A DNA stretch of 64,000 nt. Source: an uncultured Anaerolineaceae bacterium (lineage in GTDB: Bacteria; Chloroflexota; Anaerolineae; Anaerolineales; UBA4823). The stretch spans positions 31,152 to 95,151 of the forward strand of contig CAYGZL010000032.1 of the NCBI GenBank assembly GCA_964354345.1, written 5' to 3'. The notes under the pieces are model-generated. The model searched no databases. It saw nothing but the letters and a program-made list of their open reading frames with translations, and had not been told where the DNA came from. Every line of letters begins with the position of its first letter. Within the stretch, counting starts at the first letter, position 1. The position numbers and the translations under genes were made by a program. Shown piece after piece: positions 1 to 9,953 of the stretch.

Positions 1-1321
1 CAGCGCTGAAACAATTTTGGAACAGGTATGTATTTTGCGAATGCTCATCATGCACAACATTCACTACCATCACATCGCCAACCACTGCATTTAGTGAAGC
101 CGCCTTACCCATCACATACACACCCAAGAGGTTGCCCGTATGTTCAGATACCTTGGTCAAGATATTGTAAGCCGCCATACCAAGTGGATAATCAATATTA
201 AGGATCAAGGCAGAGCTCTTCGCCATGGAGGCCTGGTCAAAGGTATCCGCCAGGCGTGGATCTAAATTAACTGGATTAATCCGGGCAATCTCGAAGATCT
301 GTGCTTCGACATCAAAGGATCGTAAACTTGGTACACTAACCATCCCACCTGATTGGTGATACTCGGGCAGTTGCTGCGCCAGGTTATTACCTTCTTGGGT
401 GCTAAGATATTTCTTGAGCACATAATACAGGAAATTTTCCTTGCCAGAGGAGGCTCGCCCGGCTTGAATATCATTCCATTCATTTGATAAACCCGAATTT
501 CCTGGACGCTGGATGAACTTAACCAATTCCTCAGCATGGTGCAGAGCGAATCCGAGCAGAACATTACTGAGGCTATGGGGATTACTCGAGATAAAATATA
601 CCGGCCTCTCGGTAATCTCCGGAAGGGCTCGCTCGATATTCTCCCACCAGAGGTGTGTAGCTCGCCTGTACTCGCTCAATGAGCCGCTCAGTAATTGGAC
701 ACGTAAGTTACGCGACTCGACGGCAATCCTGCCCAGGTTATTCCCAAATTGGTCGCCCCAGATGGCATACAGACGCTCAATATCATCCATAGAGGTTTCT
801 AACAACTGATCCAGTTCGGCATAGTCTGGTAAGTAATTAGCAATATTTTCTATAGAAATCGCAGGCGCCAACCGGCGTAATTTTTGGTGCAGCTTGTTCC
901 ATTCAATCTGGAAAGCAGTCAAGAGGGGGATCAGGTCATCAATGTCCGAGCGACTGGCGATCATGCAGGCCAGGATGTTATGTCCGTCGAAATAGCATCT
1001 GCGCCGGCGAGCGGAAGCAGACACCTCCTGCCAACAGGTTACATCACCAAAGCCGGCTCGGATGAATACATCCGCACTCTGCCCCATCACTACCAATTGA
1101 ACCTGCATCATGCAGTCTGGCAGGCGTAATAAGCTGTAAATCAGAGCCGTTAGATCTGGCTGCGCTTCACGCACGCCCGGATGCAGGAGGGATTTCATCC
1201 CGCCATGCACTTCTTCCAAAGTGCGGATACGCACTTCGGTTGTCGAGCGCAACAAAGAATAATACGTGCGCTGATATAGCTCAATCTCTTCGGAAGCGGT
1301 GCTTGGAATGGTTCTTTCCAT
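1..1321 (-). CDS. Hypothetical protein, C-terminus cut by the window edge. The distal part resembles a nucleoside phosphorylase (PNP_UDP_1-like) fold.
   Basis: Not in the ORF track because it runs off the edge. My manual translation from ATG (complement of 1319..1321) gives MERTIPSTASEEIELYQRTYYSLLRS... and stays open for 440 codons to position 1. The last ~70 aa (LNIDYPLGMAAYNILTKVSEHTGNLLGVYVMGKAASLNAVVGDVMVVNVVHDEHS) fit the G-x-G...GDvvv pattern of PNP/UDP phosphorylases. It lies 12 nt downstream of the FAD/FeS gene. Confidence 0.6.
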   Translation of the reverse strand, partial: MERTIPSTASEEIELYQRTYYSLLRSTTEVRIRTLEEVHGGMKSLLHPGVREAQPDLTALIYSLLRLPDCMMQVQLVVMGQSADVFIRAGFGDVTCWQEVSASARRRRCYFDGHNILACMIASRSDIDDLIPLLTAFQIEWNKLHQKLRRLAPAISIENIANYLPDYAELDQLLETSMDDIERLYAIWGDQFGNNLGRIAVESRNLRVQLLSGSLSEYRRATHLWWENIERALPEITERPVYFISSNPHSLSNVLLGFALHHAEELVKFIQRPGNSGLSNEWNDIQAGRASSGKENFLYYVLKKYLSTQEGNNLAQQLPEYHQSGGMVSVPSLRSFDVEAQIFEIARINPVNLDPRLADTFDQASMAKSSALILNIDYPLGMAAYNILTKVSEHTGNLLGVYVMGKAASLNAVVGDVMVVNVVHDEHSQNTYLFQNCFSA

Positions 1322-1333
1322 AAATAAACACTT

Positions 1334-2803
1334 CTACGGAGCTACCGGTGAGTCAGATTGCCTGGACTGCCCTGAATGAGCAATCTGGGCGGCTTGTTCA
1401 ACGGCTTGTACAATCTTGTAATAGCCGGTGCAACGACACAAGTTGCCTGTGAGCGCCTGTTGGATTTGTTTCTTGGTGGGTTTGGCTTGTTCTTCGAGAA
1501 GCTTGGCTGCTGACATGAGAAAGCCTGGGGTGCAGTAGCCGCACTGTACCGCGCCAGTCTCGATGAAAGCTTGTTGAACCGGATGCAAAGCGCCTGCCTG
1601 GTCCAGCCCTTCCACTGTGATAATTTCTGCGCCATGCGCGCGCACCGCCGGCACCAGGCAACTCATCACGGCTACACCATCCAAGAAAACGGTACACGCT
1701 CCGCATTCCCCTTCCGCACAACCTTCCTTCGTGCCAATCAGACCGGCCTCTTCTCGCAGCAACCTCAGCAGAGTCTTTTCCTGGCCATGATCGAAGATGT
1801 ACTCCTTCCCGTTGATACGGGTTGTAATCGGTGTACCAGGTTGGTGAAGCTGATCTTCGGGGTGTCGGAGCGAGTGCCGAGACTTACCCCATAAGAACAC
1901 AGGCTGAGAGGGGAAATCAATCCGTTCGCTGTGGTTTGCCAGGCTGTGTAAGGCGCGCGATACGCAAACGCGCACCATCTCCCGGCGATACTCAGCCGAG
2001 CCGCGTACATCGTCAATGGGTCGGGCTGCTTGCATGGCCAGTTCGGCTGCCTGTTTGATCCGCGTATCGTCTAACTCATGGGCAGTGAGAGCCTCTTCCG
2101 CTTGAGTAGCCCGGATAATCGTTGGCGCTACTGCCCCCAGGGTGATCGTCGCCTGTTCAATCTTCGGTAAGGAGTCATCTACCCCAGTTCCTAATGTTAA
2201 AACAACCGCTGCGTTAACCACTGCAACGGCTTGAGCCCGGCGTAAACCCAGCTTGATAAATACCCCGCGCTGATCTTTTCTTAACGCAGGAAATGCAATA
2301 TCCACCAGCATTTCATCCGGTTGCATCACCGTGCGGCGTACACCTGTATAAAATTCTGCCAGGGGAACTACCCGTTCCCCGCGCGCCGAGGCAAGAGTCA
2401 CCCGAGCGTTGAGAGCGACTAAGGGAGTAATCGTGTCATTGGCGGGTGAAGCCGTGATCAGGTTACCAGCCACTGTGCCCCGGTTACGAATTTGCGGTGC
2501 ACCCACTTCCCAGGCGGCCTGGGCTAAGGGGAAAGCATATTCGACGATCAGCTTGGAAGCTACGCACTGGTTATGAGTAACTAATGGACCCAGGTGAAGC
2601 TCATGATTTTCATCCAACACGATTTGATCTAATTCGGGCACACGGGTGATATCAATCAAAGTATCAATGCCGAGGCGGACGCCGCGCTCCAACTCAATAA
2701 TCAAGTCGGTTGCACCAGCCACAATCCGTGCCCGTTCACGACGCTCCGCTAATAAATGTATTGCCTCTCTTACGCTGGTTACGATGAAGTAGTCTTGCCA
2801 CAT
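1334..2803 (-). CDS. Molybdenum-hydroxylase accessory subunit: FAD-binding (CoxM/XdhB-like) domain fused to a C-terminal [2Fe-2S] (CoxS/XdhA-like) domain
   Basis: ORF 1334..2842. FAD module motifs: AGATDLIIELERG and GAPQIRNRGTVAGNL. The C-terminal FeS module carries GCAEGECGACTV, CGYCTPGF and CRCTGY. I trimmed the start to ATG 2803, which has GGAG 7 nt upstream and removes the 23-nt overlap with the xdhC-like gene. Confidence 0.85.
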   Translation of the reverse strand: MWQDYFIVTSVREAIHLLAERRERARIVAGATDLIIELERGVRLGIDTLIDITRVPELDQIVLDENHELHLGPLVTHNQCVASKLIVEYAFPLAQAAWEVGAPQIRNRGTVAGNLITASPANDTITPLVALNARVTLASARGERVVPLAEFYTGVRRTVMQPDEMLVDIAFPALRKDQRGVFIKLGLRRAQAVAVVNAAVVLTLGTGVDDSLPKIEQATITLGAVAPTIIRATQAEEALTAHELDDTRIKQAAELAMQAARPIDDVRGSAEYRREMVRVCVSRALHSLANHSERIDFPSQPVFLWGKSRHSLRHPEDQLHQPGTPITTRINGKEYIFDHGQEKTLLRLLREEAGLIGTKEGCAEGECGACTVFLDGVAVMSCLVPAVRAHGAEIITVEGLDQAGALHPVQQAFIETGAVQCGYCTPGFLMSAAKLLEEQAKPTKKQIQQALTGNLCRCTGYYKIVQAVEQAAQIAHSGQSRQSDSPVAP

Positions 2804-2819
2804 AGATGCTCCAAGGTTG

Positions 2820-3629
2820 TTAAGTTGTGGATTTAAACCCACGACTCATCGCTTGCCCATCTCCGCCCTGGCGCAGCATGATAATCTCAGCCAGGATACT
2901 CACCGCGATCTCTTCAGGAGTTTCAGCGTTCAATTCCAGTCCAATCGGTGAACGGACACGCGCCAGAGCGCTTTCGGAGACCCCATTGTCCAAAAGTTGT
3001 TTGCGGGCAGTCGCCCATCGCCGGCGCGATCCGATAACACCAAAATAAGCAGCCGGGGTCTCTAATAGAACCGGCAATCCCTGGATATCCACATTGACGC
3101 CCCGCGTGGTTAACACCAGGTAGGTCCAGGAAGTGATTTTCAGGTGCTGGGGCAGTTCTGCCATCGAAACCGGATAGTAAGCGTCGGCGTCTGGCACTGC
3201 ATGGGGAGTACAGAAGCCTGGGCGATCATCGCTGACCGCGACCCAGAATCCCAACCAATGCGCCAGATGGGCTACAGCTTTACCCACATGCCCGCTGCCG
3301 ATTACAACCAGGATCGGTCGGGGTTGCACAGGTTCCACAAACACCTCCACCTGACCGCCGCAAACGCCTGGATCGCCGCGCTCGGGATCGGCCATGGAAT
3401 ATTCAATTAACCGTGGTTTTCCATCTGCAATAGCGCTTAATGCCTCAGCTATTACTCGGTTTTCTAATTCACCGCCGCCCACAGTGCCGATGATCGAGCC
3501 ATCCGGATATACCAGCATCTTGCTGGTCGTATGGCGAGGCGTCGAACCCTGGCTACGTACGATCAGGCAAAACGCCCCCCCTTCGTTTCTCCGTTCCAGT
3601 TCTGCCAACGCTTGATAAACCGACATCAT
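2820..3629 (-). CDS. xdhC: XdhC/CoxI-family molybdenum cofactor insertion/sulfuration chaperone
   Basis: N-terminal XdhC_CoxI pattern (GAFCLIVRSQGSTPR...GTVGGGELE) and a Rossmann-like C-domain (LVVIGSGHVGKAVA). Confidence 0.85.
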   Translation of the reverse strand: MMSVYQALAELERRNEGGAFCLIVRSQGSTPRHTTSKMLVYPDGSIIGTVGGGELENRVIAEALSAIADGKPRLIEYSMADPERGDPGVCGGQVEVFVEPVQPRPILVVIGSGHVGKAVAHLAHWLGFWVAVSDDRPGFCTPHAVPDADAYYPVSMAELPQHLKITSWTYLVLTTRGVNVDIQGLPVLLETPAAYFGVIGSRRRWATARKQLLDNGVSESALARVRSPIGLELNAETPEEIAVSILAEIIMLRQGGDGQAMSRGFKSTT

Positions 3630-5006
3630 CTAATTCTCCAACAGGCCCAAAACTACAGGAAGAAGCTGCTTCTTTCGCGACACAATCCCTTCTGCCAGGC
3701 GCGTCCCGTCTGTCTGCAATGGGTAAGGTAAGTCTCCTAATTTCGGCGGTTCATTGGCCATCATCAAACGGCTGGAACCGCGTACCACATCCGTGACCAT
3801 TAACATAGCAAAATCTAACCCTCGCCGTTCGCGCAAGCTGTTCAACGCAGTATACAGGCTTGCGCGATGTTCGGCCAACTGCAGCAGATCGGTGACTTCG
3901 ACCTGGGCGATTACAAAGTGGAACCCGCCTGCCTCGTATATTTTTATATCGGTGCTGACAATTTCTTTGGGATCGCGCGCAGATAATCCAGCCCCAGCGC
4001 GCAACACTTTCTCACCAAACGAGCGAATGCTCTCGTTTGCCAACGGAGTGCTGCGCATAAAAGCCCACCGTCCTAATCGTTCAGCAGCCCGGTGGTCACG
4101 CTCCGTGGTGGTTGGAGAGGTGAGGATCAATGTATCCGCCAATAACCCCGCCAGTAATATCCCGGCCAGGGCAGGAGGAGTGCTCAAGCCGGCTTCCTCA
4201 ATTCGCTCTGTTACCAGGGTGCTGGTGCTGCCCACCACGTCGACTGAAAACCTGATCGGAATGTGGGTGGAAGGATTGCCCAGGCGATGATGATCGAGGA
4301 TTTCGATCAACTCTGCTTCTTCCAATGCGCCCAAGGCCTGGCGTGGCTCGTTATGATCTACCAGGATCAAGCGCAGGCGCGGCGGATTAAGTAAATCACG
4401 CTGACGGCAGACGCCCTGATATAAACCAGTGTCATCTACCACCAGGAACTCATCGCCCTCCTCGCGCAAAATACGGCTAAGCGAATCACGAATGCGAGCG
4501 CTGGCAGGGAAGCGAGGCACATTTACATCGCAGGCTTCCTTGCAAGGGATATCTAAAATTTCTGCAATACGCATCTCCTGGCGGCGCGGGTGGGGACCGA
4601 CTAACTGATTGAGGAAGTTGAACAGGCTTGGACCAGTCACCAGGCCATATGGCGTCCCCGCCTTATCACCCGGAACTACGCTTCCGTCATTATCGTTGAT
4701 TACCGGAGCCACGCCCCCTGTCCGGCCCGCAATCGCCCAGGCTTCCCGTAAAGGTTGTTCGGGGGTAGTGGTATCCAAATGACGGGTAACTGAGTTAAAA
4801 CGCGGCGAGGCATCATTAAGCAGCATCGGTGGTTCTAATCCCAGGTACTTGAGCGCCCAGGTGGATTGTGGATTGATCGCCCCGGCTCGCGCGGCGATAA
4901 AATCCTCGCCATCTCTCTCCTTTAGCAACCAGGCATACCCCATCGCCGCTGCAATTGAGTCGGTGTCCGGATTCACATGACCTATGACGTAAATTGGTGC
5001 GGTCAT
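3630..5006 (-). CDS. DHH/DHHA2 phosphoesterase with CBS-domain insert (CBS-type family II inorganic pyrophosphatase-like)
   Basis: DHH motifs GHVNPDTDS, LVDHNE and LDHHRLG. A ~190-aa CBS-like insert follows motif I. The C-terminus is DHHA2-like (LLADTLILTSPTTT, MVTDVV). Confidence 0.8.
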   Translation of the reverse strand: MTAPIYVIGHVNPDTDSIAAAMGYAWLLKERDGEDFIAARAGAINPQSTWALKYLGLEPPMLLNDASPRFNSVTRHLDTTTPEQPLREAWAIAGRTGGVAPVINDNDGSVVPGDKAGTPYGLVTGPSLFNFLNQLVGPHPRRQEMRIAEILDIPCKEACDVNVPRFPASARIRDSLSRILREEGDEFLVVDDTGLYQGVCRQRDLLNPPRLRLILVDHNEPRQALGALEEAELIEILDHHRLGNPSTHIPIRFSVDVVGSTSTLVTERIEEAGLSTPPALAGILLAGLLADTLILTSPTTTERDHRAAERLGRWAFMRSTPLANESIRSFGEKVLRAGAGLSARDPKEIVSTDIKIYEAGGFHFVIAQVEVTDLLQLAEHRASLYTALNSLRERRGLDFAMLMVTDVVRGSSRLMMANEPPKLGDLPYPLQTDGTRLAEGIVSRKKQLLPVVLGLLEN

Positions 5007-6097
5007 TAAGGACCTTCGTTTCGTGCATCGATCAATCTACCATCCAGGGTGTACATCCCTGCCGGGCATTTTCCGATTTGGATGGTATACAAAACCGAAA
5101 GATTCAAATAATCATATTGGCTCGGGTTCGTACTTGGGGCGCTATCGATATCGCATTCCTGAGCTGCCGGGAAATCTTCCCGATGGTCGACAAGATAATT
5201 GATGGCTGACTGCGTCGCGACGATGCGAGGCATATGCCAGCGATCGAATTTCGGGGAGTAAACCGGGCGCAGGAATTTGGGTCGAATAATATAGTCAATT
5301 TCAAAAACACCCTCCAGCGGTACTTTCTCAGGTGTGAGATAAGTCGACAGAGCCCGGCGGCCTTGAACCGTACTTGGCCACATCCCGTAGGGTAAAGCCA
5401 CCAGGTTGCCCAAGCGAGGAATTAGATCCTGGCGCTCGATACGCTTCAGTAGTTGGCGCAAGTAACGGTCATTCATTTTCGCTTCCCATACCACATTCGA
5501 GGTGCTCGTCTGGTCCAGACGAGGATGGGTATAAAAATGGTTAAAGACCTGCGCACCGTGATCGATACACCAGGCAATTGCCCGTGCTAAATCATCCTGC
5601 CAATTGGGATCATCCGGATTGGCGTACAGTTTATCTCCCAGAGCAGCAAACAACGCTATATTGAAACCAAATTCAGGGTGTTCTTGCGAAAACCTCCACA
5701 ACAATCCAATCCCTGTTTGCGGATCAGGCTTGCCAGTTTTCGTCAACGTGATTTGATTATTATAGAAAAGATCATCCATCGTCAGGATCAAAGGCCGGCG
5801 ACCGGTTGGCACGACCATGTTCCCATGCAGCCAGTCCTCTATGGAAACCAGACTGTAACCACTGTCATATAAGGCTTGTAATTGCGCCTGGAAGTCGGAC
5901 AGGCGAACTTTCAGGGATGTAGAATAAGAGCCTGCATTATCTTTCATGAACTGATGATAAGTCAGCACCGGCACACGGGGTTCCTGCACCCAGACAGTTG
6001 CCTTTCCGGTCGGTAAAGAAGCAGCCACGTGATTACCAGGGAGGAGAGCTCCCAGGAGAAGGATCAAACAAATTAACTTAGCCAGTCCGGTTCGCAT
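5006..6097 (-). CDS. Secreted polysaccharide deacetylase-like (NodB-homology) protein
   Basis: Signal peptide MRTGLAKLICLILLLGALLPGNHVAAS. The PVLTYHQF...GYSLVSIEDW...PLILTMDD arrangement is typical of the polysaccharide deacetylase family. Confidence 0.55.
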   Translation of the reverse strand: MRTGLAKLICLILLLGALLPGNHVAASLPTGKATVWVQEPRVPVLTYHQFMKDNAGSYSTSLKVRLSDFQAQLQALYDSGYSLVSIEDWLHGNMVVPTGRRPLILTMDDLFYNNQITLTKTGKPDPQTGIGLLWRFSQEHPEFGFNIALFAALGDKLYANPDDPNWQDDLARAIAWCIDHGAQVFNHFYTHPRLDQTSTSNVVWEAKMNDRYLRQLLKRIERQDLIPRLGNLVALPYGMWPSTVQGRRALSTYLTPEKVPLEGVFEIDYIIRPKFLRPVYSPKFDRWHMPRIVATQSAINYLVDHREDFPAAQECDIDSAPSTNPSQYDYLNLSVLYTIQIGKCPAGMYTLDGRLIDARNEGP

Positions 6098-6102
6098 TAC
6101 GG

Positions 6103-9100
6103 TTACGTAACCTTTAAACCTTCTACCTCGACAGAACTGCTTTTCCGCCCGGAGCGATTATTTCGCAATGCCCGCCAGACTTTCTCCGGCAAGATTGGGT
6201 TATCATCCACCTGCGCGCCACAGGCATCGAATACCGCATTCCCAACCGCGGGCGCCACCCCATCCATCGGAATTTCAGCCACCGCTTTTACCCCAAACGG
6301 ATGGGAAGGCTCAAAAGTTTCAACGAAGATTGTCTCCAACTGTGGCATTTCATGCGCCTGAAAGATGTGATAATCACCCAGATTCCGCTCACGTGCTCGC
6401 CCTAAGTCATCATAGCGCATCTCTTCGCAGATTGCATAACCCAAGGCTTGAGTCATGCCGCCTTCAACTTGCCCGGAGGCAGTCAGCGGATTGACGATCA
6501 TGCCGCCATCCACCGCCATCACCAACCGTTCTACAACGACCTGTCCTGTTTGAGTATCCACGGTCACTTCGGCGAACTGGGCTGCGAAGGGGGGTGGAGA
6601 AACAGGAGACTTAAAAGAGGCTACGGCCATTATCTGCTCCTGGTCGGAGTGATGCAAAGCATTGGTAGCAATTTCAGCCAGGTTCAGGTAACGACCATCG
6701 GGAGCATAAGCGCGACGCTGCGCCAGCCGAACTTCATCTGGCTGGACACGGGTAGCTTCCACCGATAACATTTCATTAAACAGGCGCGCCGCCCGTTCAC
6801 GGATGCGGGCTGCCACCTGCCAGGCAGCCTGGACGACTGCAGTGCCAGATATGTAAGTCGTGCTGGAAGCATAGGCGCCTTTGTCAAATGGTGTGAAATC
6901 AGTATCAGAAGAGTAGACAATCACGTCCTCGACCTGCACCCCCAACACTTCAGCCGCCATCTGAGCCAGCACAGTATCCGAACCGGTGCCCAGATCAGTC
7001 GCCCCGATGAGCAGGTTAAATGAGCCATCATCATTCATTTTGATACTGGCGCCACCCATATCCAGGTAAGGGATCGCCGTGCCTTGCATAACCAGAGCCA
7101 CACCAATGCCACGCCGGAGATAGGGATGGGCTTGCCCGGCAGAGTTCTGACACTGATGCCAGGCAAGGTTTCCAAACTTCTGATCCCAGCCAACTGCAGC
7201 TTTTCCCTGGCGAACACACTCTTCGAGACCACAGGTCTCGATCTTTTCGGGCCGCGGCTCCCGACCTTCGCTCCAGGCGGTGCTGAAAGGATGCACCTGA
7301 CCCACCCGCAAGGTATTTTTCAAGCGGAATTCCAAAGGATCCAGGCCAAGTTTACGAGCGATTTTTTCCATGTGCCGCTCAACTGCCCAATAACCCTGGG
7401 GCACTCCGTACCCGCGATACGCCCCAGCGGGCGGGTGATTGGTGTAGACGATATCCGCATAAAAACGAATATTGGGAATGTCGCCCACATATAAGGCCAT
7501 AGCCTTATGCCCGGTATTTCCAGTCACGGTCAAGGCATGGCAACCATAAGCCCCAGTATCAGCCAGGACAATCATTGCATTGGCGGTCAAGGAACCATCC
7601 CGCTTGACGCCGGTTTTCATGCGGATCCGCATGGGATGACGAGAACGAGAGGCAATAAATTCTTCCTCTCTGGTCATTTCATAAAATACAGGCCTTCCAG
7701 TTGCGATCGTCAAATGAGCCGCGATATCTTCAACCAGAATTTCCTGCTTGCCGCCAAAACCACCGCCGATACGCGGTTTAATGACACGGATCCGCTTTAT
7801 CGGCAATCCCAGGACGGGTGCTAATATCCGCCGGGCATGGAAAGGCACCTGCGTGCTGGTGCGGATCACCAGGCGGTCATCTTCATCCCAATAGGTTATC
7901 ACGACATGGGGTTCAATGTGCGCCTGCTGTACTTTCGGCACGACATATTCATCTTCACAGATAAAATCGGCTTCAGCAAAACCTTTCTCAACCTCGCCAA
8001 TGTCAATCCGGATTTCCGCCGCCAAATTCCGCGAGGGATTTGACCCGGCGAAATTAACATATTCAGGCTCTTCATGCAGGCATGGCGACTCCGGGAGCAT
8101 GGCTTTTCGAGAGTCAAATATAGCTGGTAACTGCTCGTACTCCACTTCGATCAGCAGTAGAGCCTGTTCTGCGATCTCGGGTGTTTCTGCCGCCACAAAA
8201 GCTACCCGATCACCAACAAAACGCACGGTATGATCCAGGGAGAATGTATCCAAAGGTCCCGGAATCGGATCCGATTGGCCAGCGGTCGAGTAAACCACGC
8301 GCGGAATATCCTGCCAGGTGAGTACCGCGGCCACACCCGGCAAAGCGCGCGCCCGGCTGACATCCATCCGCAAGATGCGGGCATGTGCTACTGGACTGCG
8401 GAGAACTTTCGCATACAGCAGGCCACGCTTTTCAAAATCCGCGGTAAAGGCTGGCTTGCCCAGAACGAGTTTTATGCCATCCACCTTTGGTTCGGGTTTT
8501 CCAACTATGCTCCAGGCTTCAGCATGGGGGGCTACCACTACTTTGGGCAGTACTTTGGCAGTAGCGGTGGGTTTTAACCCATAGACACTCTCCTCGTGAC
8601 TCCCATCCACCGCGGGTATTGGTGCAGATGGAAGCCAGACACCTGGCTCTCCGGCGACGACTGGGGTCTCTCCACGCATCACAGCCGCTGCTCGCAATAC
8701 CGCCTGCACCGGCTTCAGGTAGCCCGTGCACCGGCAGAGCACACCCGAGAGGGCTTCGCGCACTTCAGCTTCGGTAGGATTGGGGTTCCGCTCCAACAAC
8801 TCGCATGCCGTCAGGATCATTGCCGGCGTGCAATAGCCACATTGGATTGCTCCATTTTCCACAAAAGCCTGTTGCACGGGGTGCAATCCAGCCGTTGTCT
8901 TCCAACCCTGCACGGGTTGCTGACCAAGTGTCTCGATGGTGCGTATCGTATGCCCTTCAGCCTGAGCTGCCAGGAAAATACAGGAATTCATGGGTGTGCC
9001 ATCCAGTAAAACGGTGCACGCGCCACATTCGCCTGTTTCACACCCGTGTTTAACCCCAAAATAACCCAGACTGCGTAAAACTTTTAGCAGGCAATCCCCA

Positions 9101-9153
9101 GGGGAAACCTCTACGTTATGCAGAACAGAATTAATGTTGAGCTGGAGGATCAT
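6103..9153 (-). CDS. Xanthine dehydrogenase-family enzyme: N-terminal [2Fe-2S] domain fused to the molybdopterin-binding catalytic subunit
   Basis: FeS motifs GCETGECGACTV, CGYCTPAM and CRCTGY, followed by an aldehyde oxidase/XDH a/b-hammerhead and Mo-binding region (IGGGFGGK). I moved the start to ATG 9153 (MILQLNINS...), which makes an ATGA overlap with the upstream FAD subunit. Confidence 0.9.
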   Translation of the reverse strand: MILQLNINSVLHNVEVSPGDCLLKVLRSLGYFGVKHGCETGECGACTVLLDGTPMNSCIFLAAQAEGHTIRTIETLGQQPVQGWKTTAGLHPVQQAFVENGAIQCGYCTPAMILTACELLERNPNPTEAEVREALSGVLCRCTGYLKPVQAVLRAAAVMRGETPVVAGEPGVWLPSAPIPAVDGSHEESVYGLKPTATAKVLPKVVVAPHAEAWSIVGKPEPKVDGIKLVLGKPAFTADFEKRGLLYAKVLRSPVAHARILRMDVSRARALPGVAAVLTWQDIPRVVYSTAGQSDPIPGPLDTFSLDHTVRFVGDRVAFVAAETPEIAEQALLLIEVEYEQLPAIFDSRKAMLPESPCLHEEPEYVNFAGSNPSRNLAAEIRIDIGEVEKGFAEADFICEDEYVVPKVQQAHIEPHVVITYWDEDDRLVIRTSTQVPFHARRILAPVLGLPIKRIRVIKPRIGGGFGGKQEILVEDIAAHLTIATGRPVFYEMTREEEFIASRSRHPMRIRMKTGVKRDGSLTANAMIVLADTGAYGCHALTVTGNTGHKAMALYVGDIPNIRFYADIVYTNHPPAGAYRGYGVPQGYWAVERHMEKIARKLGLDPLEFRLKNTLRVGQVHPFSTAWSEGREPRPEKIETCGLEECVRQGKAAVGWDQKFGNLAWHQCQNSAGQAHPYLRRGIGVALVMQGTAIPYLDMGGASIKMNDDGSFNLLIGATDLGTGSDTVLAQMAAEVLGVQVEDVIVYSSDTDFTPFDKGAYASSTTYISGTAVVQAAWQVAARIRERAARLFNEMLSVEATRVQPDEVRLAQRRAYAPDGRYLNLAEIATNALHHSDQEQIMAVASFKSPVSPPPFAAQFAEVTVDTQTGQVVVERLVMAVDGGMIVNPLTASGQVEGGMTQALGYAICEEMRYDDLGRARERNLGDYHIFQAHEMPQLETIFVETFEPSHPFGVKAVAEIPMDGVAPAVGNAVFDACGAQVDDNPILPEKVWRALRNNRSGRKSSSVEVEGLKVT

Positions 9154-9953
9154 ACCAACTCCAAATCTGCCAGGCAGCGCTGCACGAGCGTACCAGCAGC
9201 TGCCAGGCGATATTCTGCAGAAGCCCATTCGTCACCAGCCGTGCTATAGGCACTCTCCGCCGCGAGTTGGGCGCTATCCGCCACAGTGCCGTCCAGAACC
9301 AGGATTGGCATTGCACCATAACCTCCCAGGACAAGGCGAGTGCGACCAGAAGGCCAGGTCGCCATGGCAGCGCACACAATCGGCCAATCCGCTGGTGTGC
9401 GTGCAATCGCATGAAACGCCAGACGTGAATTTAGCGATAAGGAAACCTGGCTAATCAACCTGCCCCGTAAGAGCTCCGCCCGCAATGGCAGCAAATCACC
9501 GAGGGATACATCGGAACTAATCGCTTCCCCGCCAGATAAGAGGGTCATAGTTGCATCCAAGGCCAGCATGGCGACTGTAAAGGATGATCGCCCGTCTGCT
9601 GCCACCAATGTTCCTGCCACAGTGGCTACCTGGCGTAAGTTATAGGTCGCTTCTCGTTCGATAACAACTTGGAGCGATTTATACAGCAAAAGTTGTTCGG
9701 GTGAGGTAACCTGTTCCCCCCGACCCCAGGTTAACAATGTCTGTAAAGTAAGCGTCGCACCAATATCAAGCTTATTGCCGCGACGATGTAATGTATTCAG
9801 GCCTAACGCCTGTAAATCCACGACCGCCAGTGGGGAAGTGGAAGGTCGGTTCAACACCGATCCACCCCCCATCGGAACCGTGACCGGTTCCGTGCGAGCT
9901 AACAAAGCCAGTGCAACAGCAAGTGATTCCGGACGGTGATATTCAAGAATCAT
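9150..9953 (-). CDS. Molybdenum-hydroxylase FAD-binding (CoxM-like) subunit
   Basis: MILEYHRPESLAVALALLAR...PMGGGSVL... fits the CO dehydrogenase flavoprotein pattern. The 69 N-terminal codons of ORF 9150..10160 overlap the thioesterase gene and look non-coding, so I trimmed to ATG 9953. Confidence 0.8.
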   Translation of the reverse strand: MILEYHRPESLAVALALLARTEPVTVPMGGGSVLNRPSTSPLAVVDLQALGLNTLHRRGNKLDIGATLTLQTLLTWGRGEQVTSPEQLLLYKSLQVVIEREATYNLRQVATVAGTLVAADGRSSFTVAMLALDATMTLLSGGEAISSDVSLGDLLPLRAELLRGRLISQVSLSLNSRLAFHAIARTPADWPIVCAAMATWPSGRTRLVLGGYGAMPILVLDGTVADSAQLAAESAYSTAGDEWASAEYRLAAAGTLVQRCLADLELV

